Positions 48,354 through 57,470 of a stretch of DNA of 64,000 bases are shown here, in pieces. Origin of the DNA: Bacillota bacterium (GTDB taxonomy: Bacteria; Bacillota; Sulfobacillia; RBS10-35; Bu92); assembly GCA_014896375.1 (NCBI GenBank), contig JADBKN010000001.1, positions 274 through 64,273 on the forward strand. Reading direction: 5' to 3'. Within the stretch, counting starts at the first letter, position 1; each line of letters begins with the position of its first letter. The notes under the pieces are model-generated. The model ran no database searches. It had not been told where the DNA came from and saw nothing but the letters and a program-made list of their open reading frames with translations. The position numbers and the translations under genes were made by a program.

Positions 48354-50569
48354 CGCGCGCCCTCCCGCACCGCCGCGGCCTCGCCCGCCCGCAACTCCTG
48401 CGCCCGCCGCCGCAGGCGCGCCTCCAGCTCCGCCAACGCGTCCGGCTCCCCGTCCAAGGCCGCCCCGCTCCCCGACGCGAGGAGCGTCCGCGCGCTGTCC
48501 GCGTATTCGGCGCGCAGCGCGGCGTAGTCCGCGGCGGCCACCTTGCCCGTGCGGTAGTCGTATTCCAGCTCCGCCCAGTCCGCGAGGAGGCGCGCCGCCT
48601 CGCCCAGCCGCCGTTCCCGGCCGCGCGGCCAAAGGGAGAAGGCCGTCGCGAGGATGAGGAGCGCACCGCCGCCCCAGATCCAATCCACCATCGGGTTCAC
48701 GTAGATCTTGAACCCGGCGCGCCGCTCGTCCGGCTCGAAGCCCGCCAGGACCACGTACAGGTCGCGCGTGAAGCCGCGGTCGATGGCGATCTCCGTGTAC
48801 GGCGCCTGGCCTTCGGCGTCGTTCGAGGCGAACTGCGAGGGAAGGAGCGTCGCCACCAGCCGGCCGCCGCGCAGCACGTCCACGCGCGCCTGCGTGCGCG
48901 CCCCGTACGGGGAAACCTCGCGCGACATGCCGTTGAAGACGAAATCGTAGCCGGCCACCGTGACGCCCTCGCCGATGCCGAGCCCCACCGTGGCCGTCCG
49001 CTGGAAGGCGGTGGAACCGATGACGCCCATGGCGATCAGCGCCACCGCCAGGTGGACGAGGTAACCGCCGTAGCGCCGCGGGTGGCGCGCGAAGAGGCGC
49101 GCGACGGCCGAAGTCCACGGCTCGCCCGTCATCTGGCGCCGCGCCAAAGCGGCCAGGGCGATGTCATAGAGCACGGCCGCCATCGCGAGGGCCGCGAAGC
49201 CGAAGCCGAGCACCGTGCCGAGCGACCCCACCCCGGCCGCCGCGAGCGCCACGGCCAGCGACGCGCCGGCCACAAGCGGCACGAGGAGGTGCTCCCGCAC
49301 CTGGCGCCAGCTGGCCCGCCGCCAGCCGAGGAGCGGGCCCACGCCCATGAGGAAGAAGACGAGCGCGAAGAGCGGCGCCGTCGTGCGCGTGAAGTAGGGC
49401 GCGCCCACCGTGAGCGTCTCGCCCCAGAGCGGCGAGACGAGCGGCAGGAGCGTCCCGAAGAGCACTGTCAGCGCGAGGGAGAGGAAGACGACGTTGTTGA
49501 CGAGGAACGAGCCTTCCTTCGAGACGTAGGAGTCCAGCGGCCGCTCATCCCGCAGAAGGTGGGCGCGCGTGCCGCCGAGCCAGAGCAGCGCCGCCGTGAC
49601 GAGGCCGATGTATGCGAGGAACCACGCGCCGATGGGCGACTGCGCGAAGGCGTGGACGCTCGTCACAAGGCCGCTGCGCGTGAGGAACGTGCCGAGGATG
49701 GTGAGGAGGTAGGTGGCGCACACGAGGGCCACGTTCCAGGCCTTGAGCATGCCGCGCTTCTCCTGCACGATGCTGGAGTGCAGGTAGGCCGTGGCCGTGA
49801 GCCACGGCATCAGCGCCGCGTTCTCCACCGGGTCGAAGGCCCAGTAGCCGCCCCAGCCGAGCACGTGATAGGACCAGTTCGCGCCCATGAGGATGCCGGC
49901 GGAGAGCAGCGCCCACGCCGCGAGCGCCCAGCGCCGCGTGACGCGGATCCAGGCGTGGCCCGTCTGGCGCGCGAGGAGCCCGGCCACGGCGAAGGCGAAG
50001 GGCGCGGCCAGCCCCACGAAGCCCGAGTAGAGCCCCAGCGGGTGGAGCAGCATCGACGGGTCGCGCAGCAGGCGGTTGAGCCCGGCGCCGTCCGCCGGCG
50101 CCTGCGGGAGGAGCCGGAAGGGCGGGGCGGCGACGGCGATGAGCAGGGCGAAGAAGAAGGCGATGGAAAGCAGCACGCCCAGCGCGTACGGGACGAGAGC
50201 CCCCGCCTCGCGGCCGCGCGGCGGCCGCCAGGCGATGGCTGCCGTGAGCAGGGAGAGGAAGAGCAGCCAGAGGAGGAGAGAACCCTCCTGGCCGCCCCAG
50301 AAGGCGCCGATGCGGTAGACGAGCGGCGTGGCGCGGCTCGAGTGGGCGGCCACGTAGGCGAACTCGAAGCGGTTGCCGGCGAGCGCGGCCACGAGCAGCG
50401 CGCTCGCGCCGGCCACGGCGACGAGCAGCACGGAGGCCGCACGCCTGGCCCACCGCAAGGCGCGTGCCTCCCCGCGCGGCGCGAGCAGGAAGGCCAGCGC
50501 CGATCCCGCGCCGGAGGCCGCGGCCGCGACGATCACGAGACCTGCGCCGAGCCAGGACCAGAGCTGCAT
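48350..50569 (-). CDS. ccmF: Cytochrome c-type biogenesis protein CcmF / NrfE (system I heme lyase component)
   Basis: WWD domain GANWSYHVLGWGGYWAFDPVENAALMPW. About 15 TM, 739 aa with a ~100 aa C-terminal extension. Confidence 0.85.
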   Translation of the reverse strand: MQLWSWLGAGLVIVAAAASGAGSALAFLLAPRGEARALRWARRAASVLLVAVAGASALLVAALAGNRFEFAYVAAHSSRATPLVYRIGAFWGGQEGSLLLWLLFLSLLTAAIAWRPPRGREAGALVPYALGVLLSIAFFFALLIAVAAPPFRLLPQAPADGAGLNRLLRDPSMLLHPLGLYSGFVGLAAPFAFAVAGLLARQTGHAWIRVTRRWALAAWALLSAGILMGANWSYHVLGWGGYWAFDPVENAALMPWLTATAYLHSSIVQEKRGMLKAWNVALVCATYLLTILGTFLTRSGLVTSVHAFAQSPIGAWFLAYIGLVTAALLWLGGTRAHLLRDERPLDSYVSKEGSFLVNNVVFLSLALTVLFGTLLPLVSPLWGETLTVGAPYFTRTTAPLFALVFFLMGVGPLLGWRRASWRQVREHLLVPLVAGASLAVALAAAGVGSLGTVLGFGFAALAMAAVLYDIALAALARRQMTGEPWTSAVARLFARHPRRYGGYLVHLAVALIAMGVIGSTAFQRTATVGLGIGEGVTVAGYDFVFNGMSREVSPYGARTQARVDVLRGGRLVATLLPSQFASNDAEGQAPYTEIAIDRGFTRDLYVVLAGFEPDERRAGFKIYVNPMVDWIWGGGALLILATAFSLWPRGRERRLGEAARLLADWAELEYDYRTGKVAAADYAALRAEYADSARTLLASGSGAALDGEPDALAELEARLRRRAQELRAGEAAAVREGAR

Positions 50570-50600
50570 CGCCCGCGCCTCCCTCCGTCCCTCGATTCCG

Positions 50601-51065
50601 TCAGATGAACTCTTTCAGCTCCGGGGGCAGCTCGTCCGCCTCAGGCCCGGGCGATGGCGCGTCCGCGTTTCCGTTGCGGCTGCGGGCGCGGAGCCAGCGC
50701 GCGGCGAGCGCGCCGCCGAGGGCGAGGAAGGCGGCCGGCAGGAGCCAGACGGCGGCGAGCCAGCCGCGCGAAGGCGGGGCGGCGAGGATCCAGTCGCCGT
50801 ACTCGGCGCGGAAGTGGTCGAGGATGGCGGCGTCGCCGCGGCCCTCGTCCACGAGCCGCGCGATCTCCTGCCGCATCTCCAAGGAGACGGAGCTGTCCGA
50901 TTGCGCCACCGTCTGCCCGTCGCACACCGGGCAGCGCAGCTCGGCGGCCAGCCGCTCCACGCGGTCGGCCGGCGACGGCGGCGTCACGGCCGCAGCCGCG
51001 ACGAGCGCGATGAGCACGGCGAGCGCCGCGGCCGCCGCCAGCACGCCGGTCGAAGGTCGGCGCAT
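50601..51065 (-). CDS. ccmH: Cytochrome c-type biogenesis protein CcmH / NrfF
   Basis: LRCPVCDGQTVAQSDSSVSLEMRQEIARLVDEGRGDAAILDHFRAEYGDWIL is the canonical CcmH CxxC region. N-terminal signal/anchor. Start at the ATG (M6 of the ORF). GTG at 51080 is an alternative. Confidence 0.8.
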   Translation of the reverse strand: MRRPSTGVLAAAAALAVLIALVAAAAVTPPSPADRVERLAAELRCPVCDGQTVAQSDSSVSLEMRQEIARLVDEGRGDAAILDHFRAEYGDWILAAPPSRGWLAAVWLLPAAFLALGGALAARWLRARSRNGNADAPSPGPEADELPPELKEFI

Positions 51066-51120
51066 CACGGCTGCAGCCACCCCCGGCCACTACCAAACCA
51101 CACGGCTCCGGGAGGCGCAA

Positions 51121-51960
51121 CTACACGTCCCGCCGCGCGCGCCGGAGGACGGCGAGGAGGTCGGCGTGAAGGGCCGGGTTGGCGGCGACGATCGTCCGCT
51201 GGTCGAGGCGGAAGGGTTCCCCGGATGCAGTGGTCACGACGCCCCCGGCCTCCTCCACCATGAGCTGTCCGGCCGCCATGTCCCATGGGGAGAGGTGGAT
51301 GTCCCAGCAGCCGCTGAGCCGCCCGGCGGCCACGTAGGCCAGGTGCGTGGCCGCCGAGCCGAGCACGCGCACGTTGCGGCAGACGCGCACCACCTCCATG
51401 ATGGCCGCGCCGTTCGCCTCCCGTTCCTGCGGCGTGCTCGGCAGCGAGGCGCCGAGGAGCGCCTCCGGCAGGGGGCGCGCGTCCACCCGCAGCCGCCGCG
51501 CCGGCCCGCGGCCCCGGCGCAGGTGGCAACCGCCGCCGCGCACGGCCCAGAAGAGCTCGTCCGCGTTGGGGTCATAAAAGACGCCCAGCACCGGCCGCCC
51601 GCGCTCAAGGAGGGCGACCGCCGTGCCGAAGTGGGGGAGCGTGTGGACGAAATTGGCAGTGCCGTCGACCGGGTCGACGACCCACACGGCCTCCGCGCTG
51701 CGCCAGTCGCCGGCCGCCGTCCAGCCGCCCTCCTCGCCCAGGATGGGGATGCCGGTCGGCGCGAGGCGCCGGCGCAAGACCTCCTCCGCCGCCTCGTCGA
51801 GCGCCGTGACGAGATCCCGCGGGTTCGCCTTCGTGCGCACGTCCAGTTCGCCGTCGCCGGCCGCGGCCGCCGCCCGGCGCCGGGCCGCGGCCTCGCGCCC
51901 GGCGGCGCGCGCCGCGTCCACGGCCCGGGCGAGCAAGTCATCCATGGAAGCGGAAGTCAT
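51121..51960 (-). CDS. suhB: Inositol monophosphatase family protein (SuhB/ImpA-like)
   Basis: WVVDPVDGTANFVHTLPHFG and WDMAAG motifs. ATG at 51960. Confidence 0.85.
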   Translation of the reverse strand: MTSASMDDLLARAVDAARAAGREAAARRRAAAAAGDGELDVRTKANPRDLVTALDEAAEEVLRRRLAPTGIPILGEEGGWTAAGDWRSAEAVWVVDPVDGTANFVHTLPHFGTAVALLERGRPVLGVFYDPNADELFWAVRGGGCHLRRGRGPARRLRVDARPLPEALLGASLPSTPQEREANGAAIMEVVRVCRNVRVLGSAATHLAYVAAGRLSGCWDIHLSPWDMAAGQLMVEEAGGVVTTASGEPFRLDQRTIVAANPALHADLLAVLRRARRDV

Positions 51961-51994
51961 CGCGCGTTCGCCCCTTCGAATCGTCGCGGCCGCC

Positions 51995-52020
51995 CCTGCC
52001 GGACGTACAATGCTATAATC
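51995..52020 (+). promoter_or_regulatory. Putative relA promoter with extended -10 (TGCTATAAT)
   Basis: acgTACAATGCTATAATcagcattaaaattt about 60 nt upstream of the relA ATG. AT-rich discriminator region. Confidence 0.35.
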
Positions 52021-52080
52021 AGCATTAAAATTTCATGCGGGAGAACCGCCGTCCACGGCGCGCAACGGAGGTGAGCGGCG

Positions 52081-54240
52081 ATGACGGTCGTCGAGCTCGA
52101 AGACCGGGTGGCGCGGTACCAGCGCAACGCCGACCGCGACCTGATCGACCGCGCTTACCATTTTAGCCGTCGCGCGCACGAGGGCCAAAAGCGCCGCTCC
52201 GGCGAGGCGTACATCGAGCACCCGCTCGCCGTGGCCGGCATCCTCGCGGAGCTGGAGTTGGACGACGTCACCATCGCAGCGGCGCTCCTGCACGACGTGG
52301 TCGAGGACACGACCGTCACCATTGAGGACGTGCGCCGCGAATTCGGCGAGGAAGTCGCGGAGCTCGTCGACGGCGTCACGAAGCTTGAGCGCCTCTCCTT
52401 CCGCTCCCACGCGGAGGAGCAGGCGGAGAACGTCCGCAAGATGTTCCTCGCCATGGCGCGGGACATCCGCGTCATCCTCATCAAGCTGGCGGACCGCCTC
52501 CACAACATGCGCACGCTCGCGGCCATGCCGCGGGACAAGCAGATGAAGACGGCCCAGCAGACGCTGGAGATCTACGCCCCCCTGGCCGCGCGCTTGGGGA
52601 TTTTTCGTATCAAGTGGGAGCTGGAAGACCTCGCGCTGCGCTACCTGAAGCCGGAGGTCTACCGGGACCTGGCGCGGCGCATCCCGCAGAAGCGGGCGGA
52701 GCGGGAAGCGTACGCGCAGGTGATCATCCAGGCGCTGCGGGAGAAGCTCGACGAGGCCGGCATCGAGGCGGAGATCGACGGCCGCGCCAAGCACTTCTAC
52801 AGCATTTACAACAAGATGCAGAAGGGGCGCGACCTCGCGGAGATCTACGACCTCGTCGCGGTGCGCGTCATCGTCAACGACATCCGCGACTGCTACGCCG
52901 TCCTCGGCATCGTGCACGCCATGTGGAAGCCGCTCCCCGGGCGCTTCAAGGACTACATCGCCACGCCCAAGCAGAACATGTACCAGAGCCTGCACACCAC
53001 GGTGATCGGCCCCCAGGGGGAGCCGTTCGAGATCCAGATCCGCACGTGGGAGATGCACCGCACGGCGGAGTACGGCATCGCGGCGCACTGGCGGTACAAG
53101 GACGGCAAGACCGATCCCGACTTCGACAAGAAGCTGGCCTGGCTGCGCGAGGTCCTCGAGTGGCAGCGGGAGACGAAGGACGCCACCGAGTTCATGGAAG
53201 GGCTGAAGATCGACCTCTTCTCCGACGAGGTCTTCGTCTTCACGCCGCGCGGGGACGTCATCGGCCTGCCGGCCGGCGCCGGCCCGCTGGACTTCGCCTA
53301 CCGCATCCACACGGAGATCGGCCACCGCTGCGTGGGGGCGCGCGTCAACGGCCGCATCGTCCCCTTGGACACGGTGCTGCAGAACGGCGACATCGTCGAG
53401 ATCATCACGCAGCCGAACGGCCAGCCGTCCCTGGACTGGCTGGGCATCGTGAAGACCTCGACGGCCAAAAACCGCATCCGCCAGTGGTTCAAGCGCGCGC
53501 GCCGGGAGGAGAACCTGGAGCGCGGCCGGGAGCTCGTGCAGAAGGAGCTGCGTCGCGTGGGCCTCAACCCGGCCCAGGTCTGGAAGGACGAGTGGCTGGA
53601 GGAGGCGCGCAAGAAGCTCAACGTGCAGTCGGTCGACGACATGCTCATCGCCGTGGGGTACGGCGGCATCGGCGCGGCGCAGGTGGCCGCGAGGATCAAG
53701 GAGTGCCATCGCCGCGAGGAGCTGGCGGCTGCGCCGCTGGAGGCCCTCCAGCCGCAGAAGAAGTCCGAGTGGGGCAAGCCCTCGGGCGGCGTGCGCGTGA
53801 AGGGCATCGACAACGTGCTCGTGCGCTTCCCGCGCTGCTGCAACCCCGTCCCCGGCGACAGCATCGTCGGCTACATCACGCAGGGAAGGGGCGTGTCGAT
53901 CCACCACGCCGCCTGCCCCAACGTCAACGAGCACCTGCGCCACCCGGACCGCCTCATCGAGGTCACGTGGGACGAGGTGGACGCCTCCTACTACCCTGTG
54001 GAGCTAGCCATCGTGGGCATCGACCGGCCGGGCCTGCTCTCGGACGTGGCGCAGGTCATCAGCGAGATCCGCGTCAACATCCTCTCCGCCTCCGCGCGCA
54101 GCAAGCACGACGGCACGGCCGTGATCGACGTCGTCCTCGCGGTGCGCGACCTCGACCAGCTCGACTACATCCGCCGGCGCCTCATGAAGATCCACGACGT
54201 CCACTCCGTAGAGCGCGCGGCCCACCGGGTGGCGCGCTGA
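52081..54240 (+). CDS. relA: Bifunctional (p)ppGpp synthetase/hydrolase RelA/SpoT (Rel)
   Basis: HD hydrolase domain ([31 protein letters not shown]), synthetase domain, TGS, ACT. 719 aa. Confidence 0.95.
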   Translation: MTVVELEDRVARYQRNADRDLIDRAYHFSRRAHEGQKRRSGEAYIEHPLAVAGILAELELDDVTIAAALLHDVVEDTTVTIEDVRREFGEEVAELVDGVTKLERLSFRSHAEEQAENVRKMFLAMARDIRVILIKLADRLHNMRTLAAMPRDKQMKTAQQTLEIYAPLAARLGIFRIKWELEDLALRYLKPEVYRDLARRIPQKRAEREAYAQVIIQALREKLDEAGIEAEIDGRAKHFYSIYNKMQKGRDLAEIYDLVAVRVIVNDIRDCYAVLGIVHAMWKPLPGRFKDYIATPKQNMYQSLHTTVIGPQGEPFEIQIRTWEMHRTAEYGIAAHWRYKDGKTDPDFDKKLAWLREVLEWQRETKDATEFMEGLKIDLFSDEVFVFTPRGDVIGLPAGAGPLDFAYRIHTEIGHRCVGARVNGRIVPLDTVLQNGDIVEIITQPNGQPSLDWLGIVKTSTAKNRIRQWFKRARREENLERGRELVQKELRRVGLNPAQVWKDEWLEEARKKLNVQSVDDMLIAVGYGGIGAAQVAARIKECHRREELAAAPLEALQPQKKSEWGKPSGGVRVKGIDNVLVRFPRCCNPVPGDSIVGYITQGRGVSIHHAACPNVNEHLRHPDRLIEVTWDEVDASYYPVELAIVGIDRPGLLSDVAQVISEIRVNILSASARSKHDGTAVIDVVLAVRDLDQLDYIRRRLMKIHDVHSVERAAHRVAR

Positions 54241-54689
54241 TGCGGGCCGTCGTGCAGCGCTGCTCCCGGGCGGAGCTGCGCGTGGGCGGGGAGCGGCGCG
54301 CGTCCCTGGGCCGCGGCTTCGTGGTGCTGGTGGGCGTCGCCGCGGAGGACACGGAAGATGATGCCGACTACATCGCCGAGAAGGTGGCGAACCTCCGTGT
54401 ATTCGAGGACGCGGAGGGGAAGATGAACCTGTCGCTGCTCGATGTGCAGGGCGCGGCGCTCGTCGTCTCGCAGTTCACGCTCCTCGGGGACGCGCGGCGG
54501 GGGAGGCGCCCCTCGTTCATCGCGGCGGCCGCTGGGGAGGCGGCGCGCGCGCTCTATGAGCGAGTGGCGGCAAGGCTCGGGGAGATGGGCGTCCCGGTGC
54601 AGACGGGCGTGTTCGGCGCGCACATGGAGGTCGAGCTCGTCAACGACGGCCCGGTGACGATCCTCCTCGACAGCCGCAAGACGTTCTGA
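54240..54689 (+). CDS. dtd: D-aminoacyl-tRNA deacylase
   Basis: MRAVVQRC..., SQFTL motif, NDGPVTI. The ATG overlaps the relA stop (TGATG). The relA-dtd order matches Bacillus. Confidence 0.9.
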   Translation: MRAVVQRCSRAELRVGGERRASLGRGFVVLVGVAAEDTEDDADYIAEKVANLRVFEDAEGKMNLSLLDVQGAALVVSQFTLLGDARRGRRPSFIAAAAGEAARALYERVAARLGEMGVPVQTGVFGAHMEVELVNDGPVTILLDSRKTF

Positions 54690-54738
54690 GCCCGGCCGCG
54701 CCAAGGCGGCGCCGCCGGAACGGGGATGGAGGGTCGGC

Positions 54739-55455
54739 ATGTACCCGTGGATCGTGCTGGTCGTCACCGTCGTGTTCTTTGTGCAGGTGGCGCGCCAGGC
54801 GAGGGCCTCGCGCTCTCGCCACTCGCTCTTCTGGGCCGTCTCCCTCGCCATGGCGTCGCTTGCCACGGCGGCGTACATTCTGGCCGCCGGCACCGGAGAC
54901 GCCTGGGCGTTTCGCGTCTACTACGCCCTCGGCGCCGTGGCCATGGCGGCCTACATGGGGCTCGGCAGCCTGCACCTCCACTGGCGGCGCCGTTCCTTGC
55001 GCGCCCCTGCGGCGGTGACGGGATGCGTGGTGGCGGCGTCCGTCGTGGGCGCCGGGCTCACCTTCGCCCTCCCGGTGGACGCGGCCCGGCTGGCGGCGCT
55101 GGAGGGCGGGCCCGGCACAGGCGTGATCTCCCATGAGGGATGGCTCGGTGCCGTTTGGCTCATCGACCTCATCCTGCTCAACACGTTCGGCGTGGCCGCG
55201 ATGGTGCTCGTGGCGCTCGCGTCCGTCTTCCGCGCGTACACCGCCGGCGCTCCCTCCGGCCTCGCCTGGGGGAACGGGCTCATCGCGGCGGGCGGCGTGC
55301 TTCTGGGCGCCGCCGGGACGGCGGCACGGCTCGGCTTCCCCGGCGCCTTCTGGCTCGTCATGTCGCTCGGTTGGATCGTCGTCTACGGTGGGTTCCGCCT
55401 CGTCGACGCCACCCTCGCGAAGGAGAGGAGCGGGGCGGGCGCGGCGGCCGGCTGA
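54739..55455 (+). CDS. Hypothetical integral membrane protein (about 7 TM)
   Basis: 238 aa hydrophobic ORF with codon bias. No recognisable family. Confidence 0.5.
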   Translation: MYPWIVLVVTVVFFVQVARQARASRSRHSLFWAVSLAMASLATAAYILAAGTGDAWAFRVYYALGAVAMAAYMGLGSLHLHWRRRSLRAPAAVTGCVVAASVVGAGLTFALPVDAARLAALEGGPGTGVISHEGWLGAVWLIDLILLNTFGVAAMVLVALASVFRAYTAGAPSGLAWGNGLIAAGGVLLGAAGTAARLGFPGAFWLVMSLGWIVVYGGFRLVDATLAKERSGAGAAAG

Positions 55456-55550
55456 ACAGGGCGGGTGCGGCGGCCGGCTGGCCGCCGCGCCGCGGCGCCG
55501 TCCGGTCGCCGTGCGGTCCGCCCCGTCCCGCGGCTGGGCCGCGGCCGCCG

Positions 55551-55757
55551 TCAGGAGTTCTTGTACTGCGGCTCCTCCTGCTGGATCTGCTGCAGGCGGG
55601 ACTCCATCCGCTGCACGATCTCCTTCATCTGCTGCGCAGCCTCCTGGTAGAGCTGCTTGGCCGCCTTGTTCTGCGTGTCCAGCGCGAACGTCTCCAGGTT
55701 CGCCTGGGCGGACTTCAAGCTGGCGATCGTCTGTTGAACCTTCGTTCCGACCGTCAT
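55551..55757 (-). CDS. DUF1657 family small protein (sporulation-associated in Bacilli)
   Basis: MTVGTKVQQTIASLKSAQANLETFALDTQNKAAKQLYQEAAQQMKEIVQRME, 68 aa. ATG preceded by GGGGAGGTGA. Confidence 0.65.
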   Translation of the reverse strand: MTVGTKVQQTIASLKSAQANLETFALDTQNKAAKQLYQEAAQQMKEIVQRMESRLQQIQQEEPQYKNS

Positions 55758-55892
55758 GACCTCACCTCCCCGTGGACAGCATGGTCCGCGGCGCAAGCGC
55801 CGATGTGTCGCACAATCTGGCCGTCGTCCCGGACTTTGGCACTCATGCGGCCCTCCGGCCGGGGAACTGTAAAGGCCGGGAGTTGACCGGCG

Positions 55893-56843
55893 TTGACCTT
55901 CTGGGACCGCGTCTTCTTCGAGTCCCCATCTTTGCCGCTTCAGGGGTTCGTGATCCGCGCGGTCATCTCGTACCTTTGGCTTCTCATGATGGCGCGGCTC
56001 ATGGGGCAGCGCATGCTGGGCCGGCTCACGATGTTCGACCTCGTCGTGGCCATCGCCGTGGGCCAGATCGCGGCCTCTCCGAACACGACGCCGCAGTTCA
56101 GCCTCGTGGTGAACATGCTCGGCATCACCGTGTGGTCCCTCATGCACATCACGATCAGCCGCCTCACCACGCGCTTCCCCGCCTGGCGGCGCGTCTTCGC
56201 CGGGGAGCCGATCGTCGTCATGCGCGACGGCCGGGTGCTGGAGCGCAACATGGCGCGGGCCGCGCTCACCTTCGACGACCTCATGGAGGAGCTGCGCCAA
56301 CGGAACGTGCCGAAGCTGACGGATGTCGAGTTCGCCGTCTTCGAGCCGAGCGGCAAGATCAGCGTCGTGCAGAAGGCGGACCGCAAGCCGCTCACGCCCA
56401 AAGACCTCGGCCTGCCCGTGAGCCTCGAGGGCATGCCGATGATCGTCATCCTGCAGGGCCGCGTGCTGGACGACGCCCTGCGGGAGGCGGGGCGCACGCG
56501 CGAGTGGCTCGACGCCAAGCTCGCGGAGTACGGCGTGGGCGACATCCGCGATGTCGTCGTGGCTCAGGTGGACACGGAGGGCAACCTGTACCTGGACCTG
56601 CGCGAGGACACGGCGCCGCAGCCGCAGAGCACGGTGAAGCCGTCCACCCTCGCCACGTTGCGCAAGGCGGCCGCGGACCTGAAGACGTTCTCCCTTGAGA
56701 CGGATGACGATGCCGCCGCGGCGATGTACCGGGAGCTCGCGAACCAGCTCGACGCGATGGTCGAGCGCCTGGAGCCGCACCTCAGCCCGCCCGCGGAGCC
56801 GCCGGCCCGGGGCCCGGAAACGAGGGATGAGCATGGGCGTTAG
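55893..56843 (+). CDS. YetF-like membrane protein (DUF421) with a C-terminal DUF1657-like domain
   Basis: N-terminal TMs, DUF421 core (PIVVMRDGRVLERNMARAALTFDDLMEELRQRNV), C-terminal segment TLATLRKAAADLKTFSLETDDDAAAAMYRELANQLDAMVERLE similar to the neighbouring DUF1657 protein. TTG start. Confidence 0.7.
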   Translation: MTFWDRVFFESPSLPLQGFVIRAVISYLWLLMMARLMGQRMLGRLTMFDLVVAIAVGQIAASPNTTPQFSLVVNMLGITVWSLMHITISRLTTRFPAWRRVFAGEPIVVMRDGRVLERNMARAALTFDDLMEELRQRNVPKLTDVEFAVFEPSGKISVVQKADRKPLTPKDLGLPVSLEGMPMIVILQGRVLDDALREAGRTREWLDAKLAEYGVGDIRDVVVAQVDTEGNLYLDLREDTAPQPQSTVKPSTLATLRKAAADLKTFSLETDDDAAAAMYRELANQLDAMVERLEPHLSPPAEPPARGPETRDEHGR

Positions 56844-57225
56844 GCGCCTGCGGCCACGGAGGACCGTCTTCCGCCTGCTCGCCGTCGTCCTGGTCGCGCT
56901 CATTCTCACGAGCGGCTGCCAGCTCGGGCCCGTCTTCCGCCACTACTCCGGCGACCGCACGACGGCCGTCATCCTCGCCGTGACGCACGCCGTGGAACGC
57001 GGGGATTGGGCCGGCGCGCACCGGCAGTACCGCGAGCTCTCCAAGATCTGGAGCACCCACGACCGGCGCGTTCTTCTCGAGGCGACGTTCCAGGGCCGGG
57101 ACATTTTCGAGAGCCTGCTGGAAGTGTTGGAGGAGGCCATTCTACAGAAGGACAAGCGCCAGGCGCTCTACACGCTGAGGGAGCTGAAGGCGGCGCGCCG
57201 GGACCTTGGCCCGGCGCTGCCGTAG
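56833..57225 (+). CDS. DUF4363-like lipoprotein
   Basis: Lipobox LTSGC, 130 aa. Overlaps the stop of the YetF-like gene. DUF421 and DUF4363 genes are commonly adjacent. Confidence 0.6.
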   Translation: MGVRRLRPRRTVFRLLAVVLVALILTSGCQLGPVFRHYSGDRTTAVILAVTHAVERGDWAGAHRQYRELSKIWSTHDRRVLLEATFQGRDIFESLLEVLEEAILQKDKRQALYTLRELKAARRDLGPALP

Positions 57226-57229
57226 GGGC

Positions 57230-57470
57230 TCCACGGTGCCGGCTTCAGCAGCAGGGCGATGGGCCCCGTCGGGCGGGGCGAGGGACCTCGGCGCCGGGCG
57301 CCTCGCGGCCGGGGTATCGCCGGGCGGCCGTTCCATGGCGTCGCGCCTCGAGGCCGGGGTGGCGCCGGTCGCCGTTCCATTGCGGCCGGGACGAGCGGCC
57401 GCGTATACTAGTGGGCGAATTCGCCAGGCGCCGCGCCGGTCGGCGCTTTCTGGTTTTTGGGGGTGCCGCC
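57230..57470 (+). promoter_or_regulatory. Putative T-box / attenuator leader of the hisS-aspS operon
   Basis: Two consecutive hairpins (GGCGAATTCGCC perfect palindrome; GCGCCG-cgccggt-CGGCGC) followed by TTTCTGGTTTTT immediately before the hisS RBS. An imperfect T-box-like sequence AGTGGGCGAATTCGCCAGG is present. Bacillus hisS-aspS is T-box regulated. Confidence 0.3.

Noticed and set aside
47131-48657. 508-aa plus-strand ORF overlapping the DUF402 gene end and antisense to the exported-protein / ccmF genes
   Set aside because: No domains and a Pro/Ala/Arg-rich product. The minus-strand genes have motif and coupling support.
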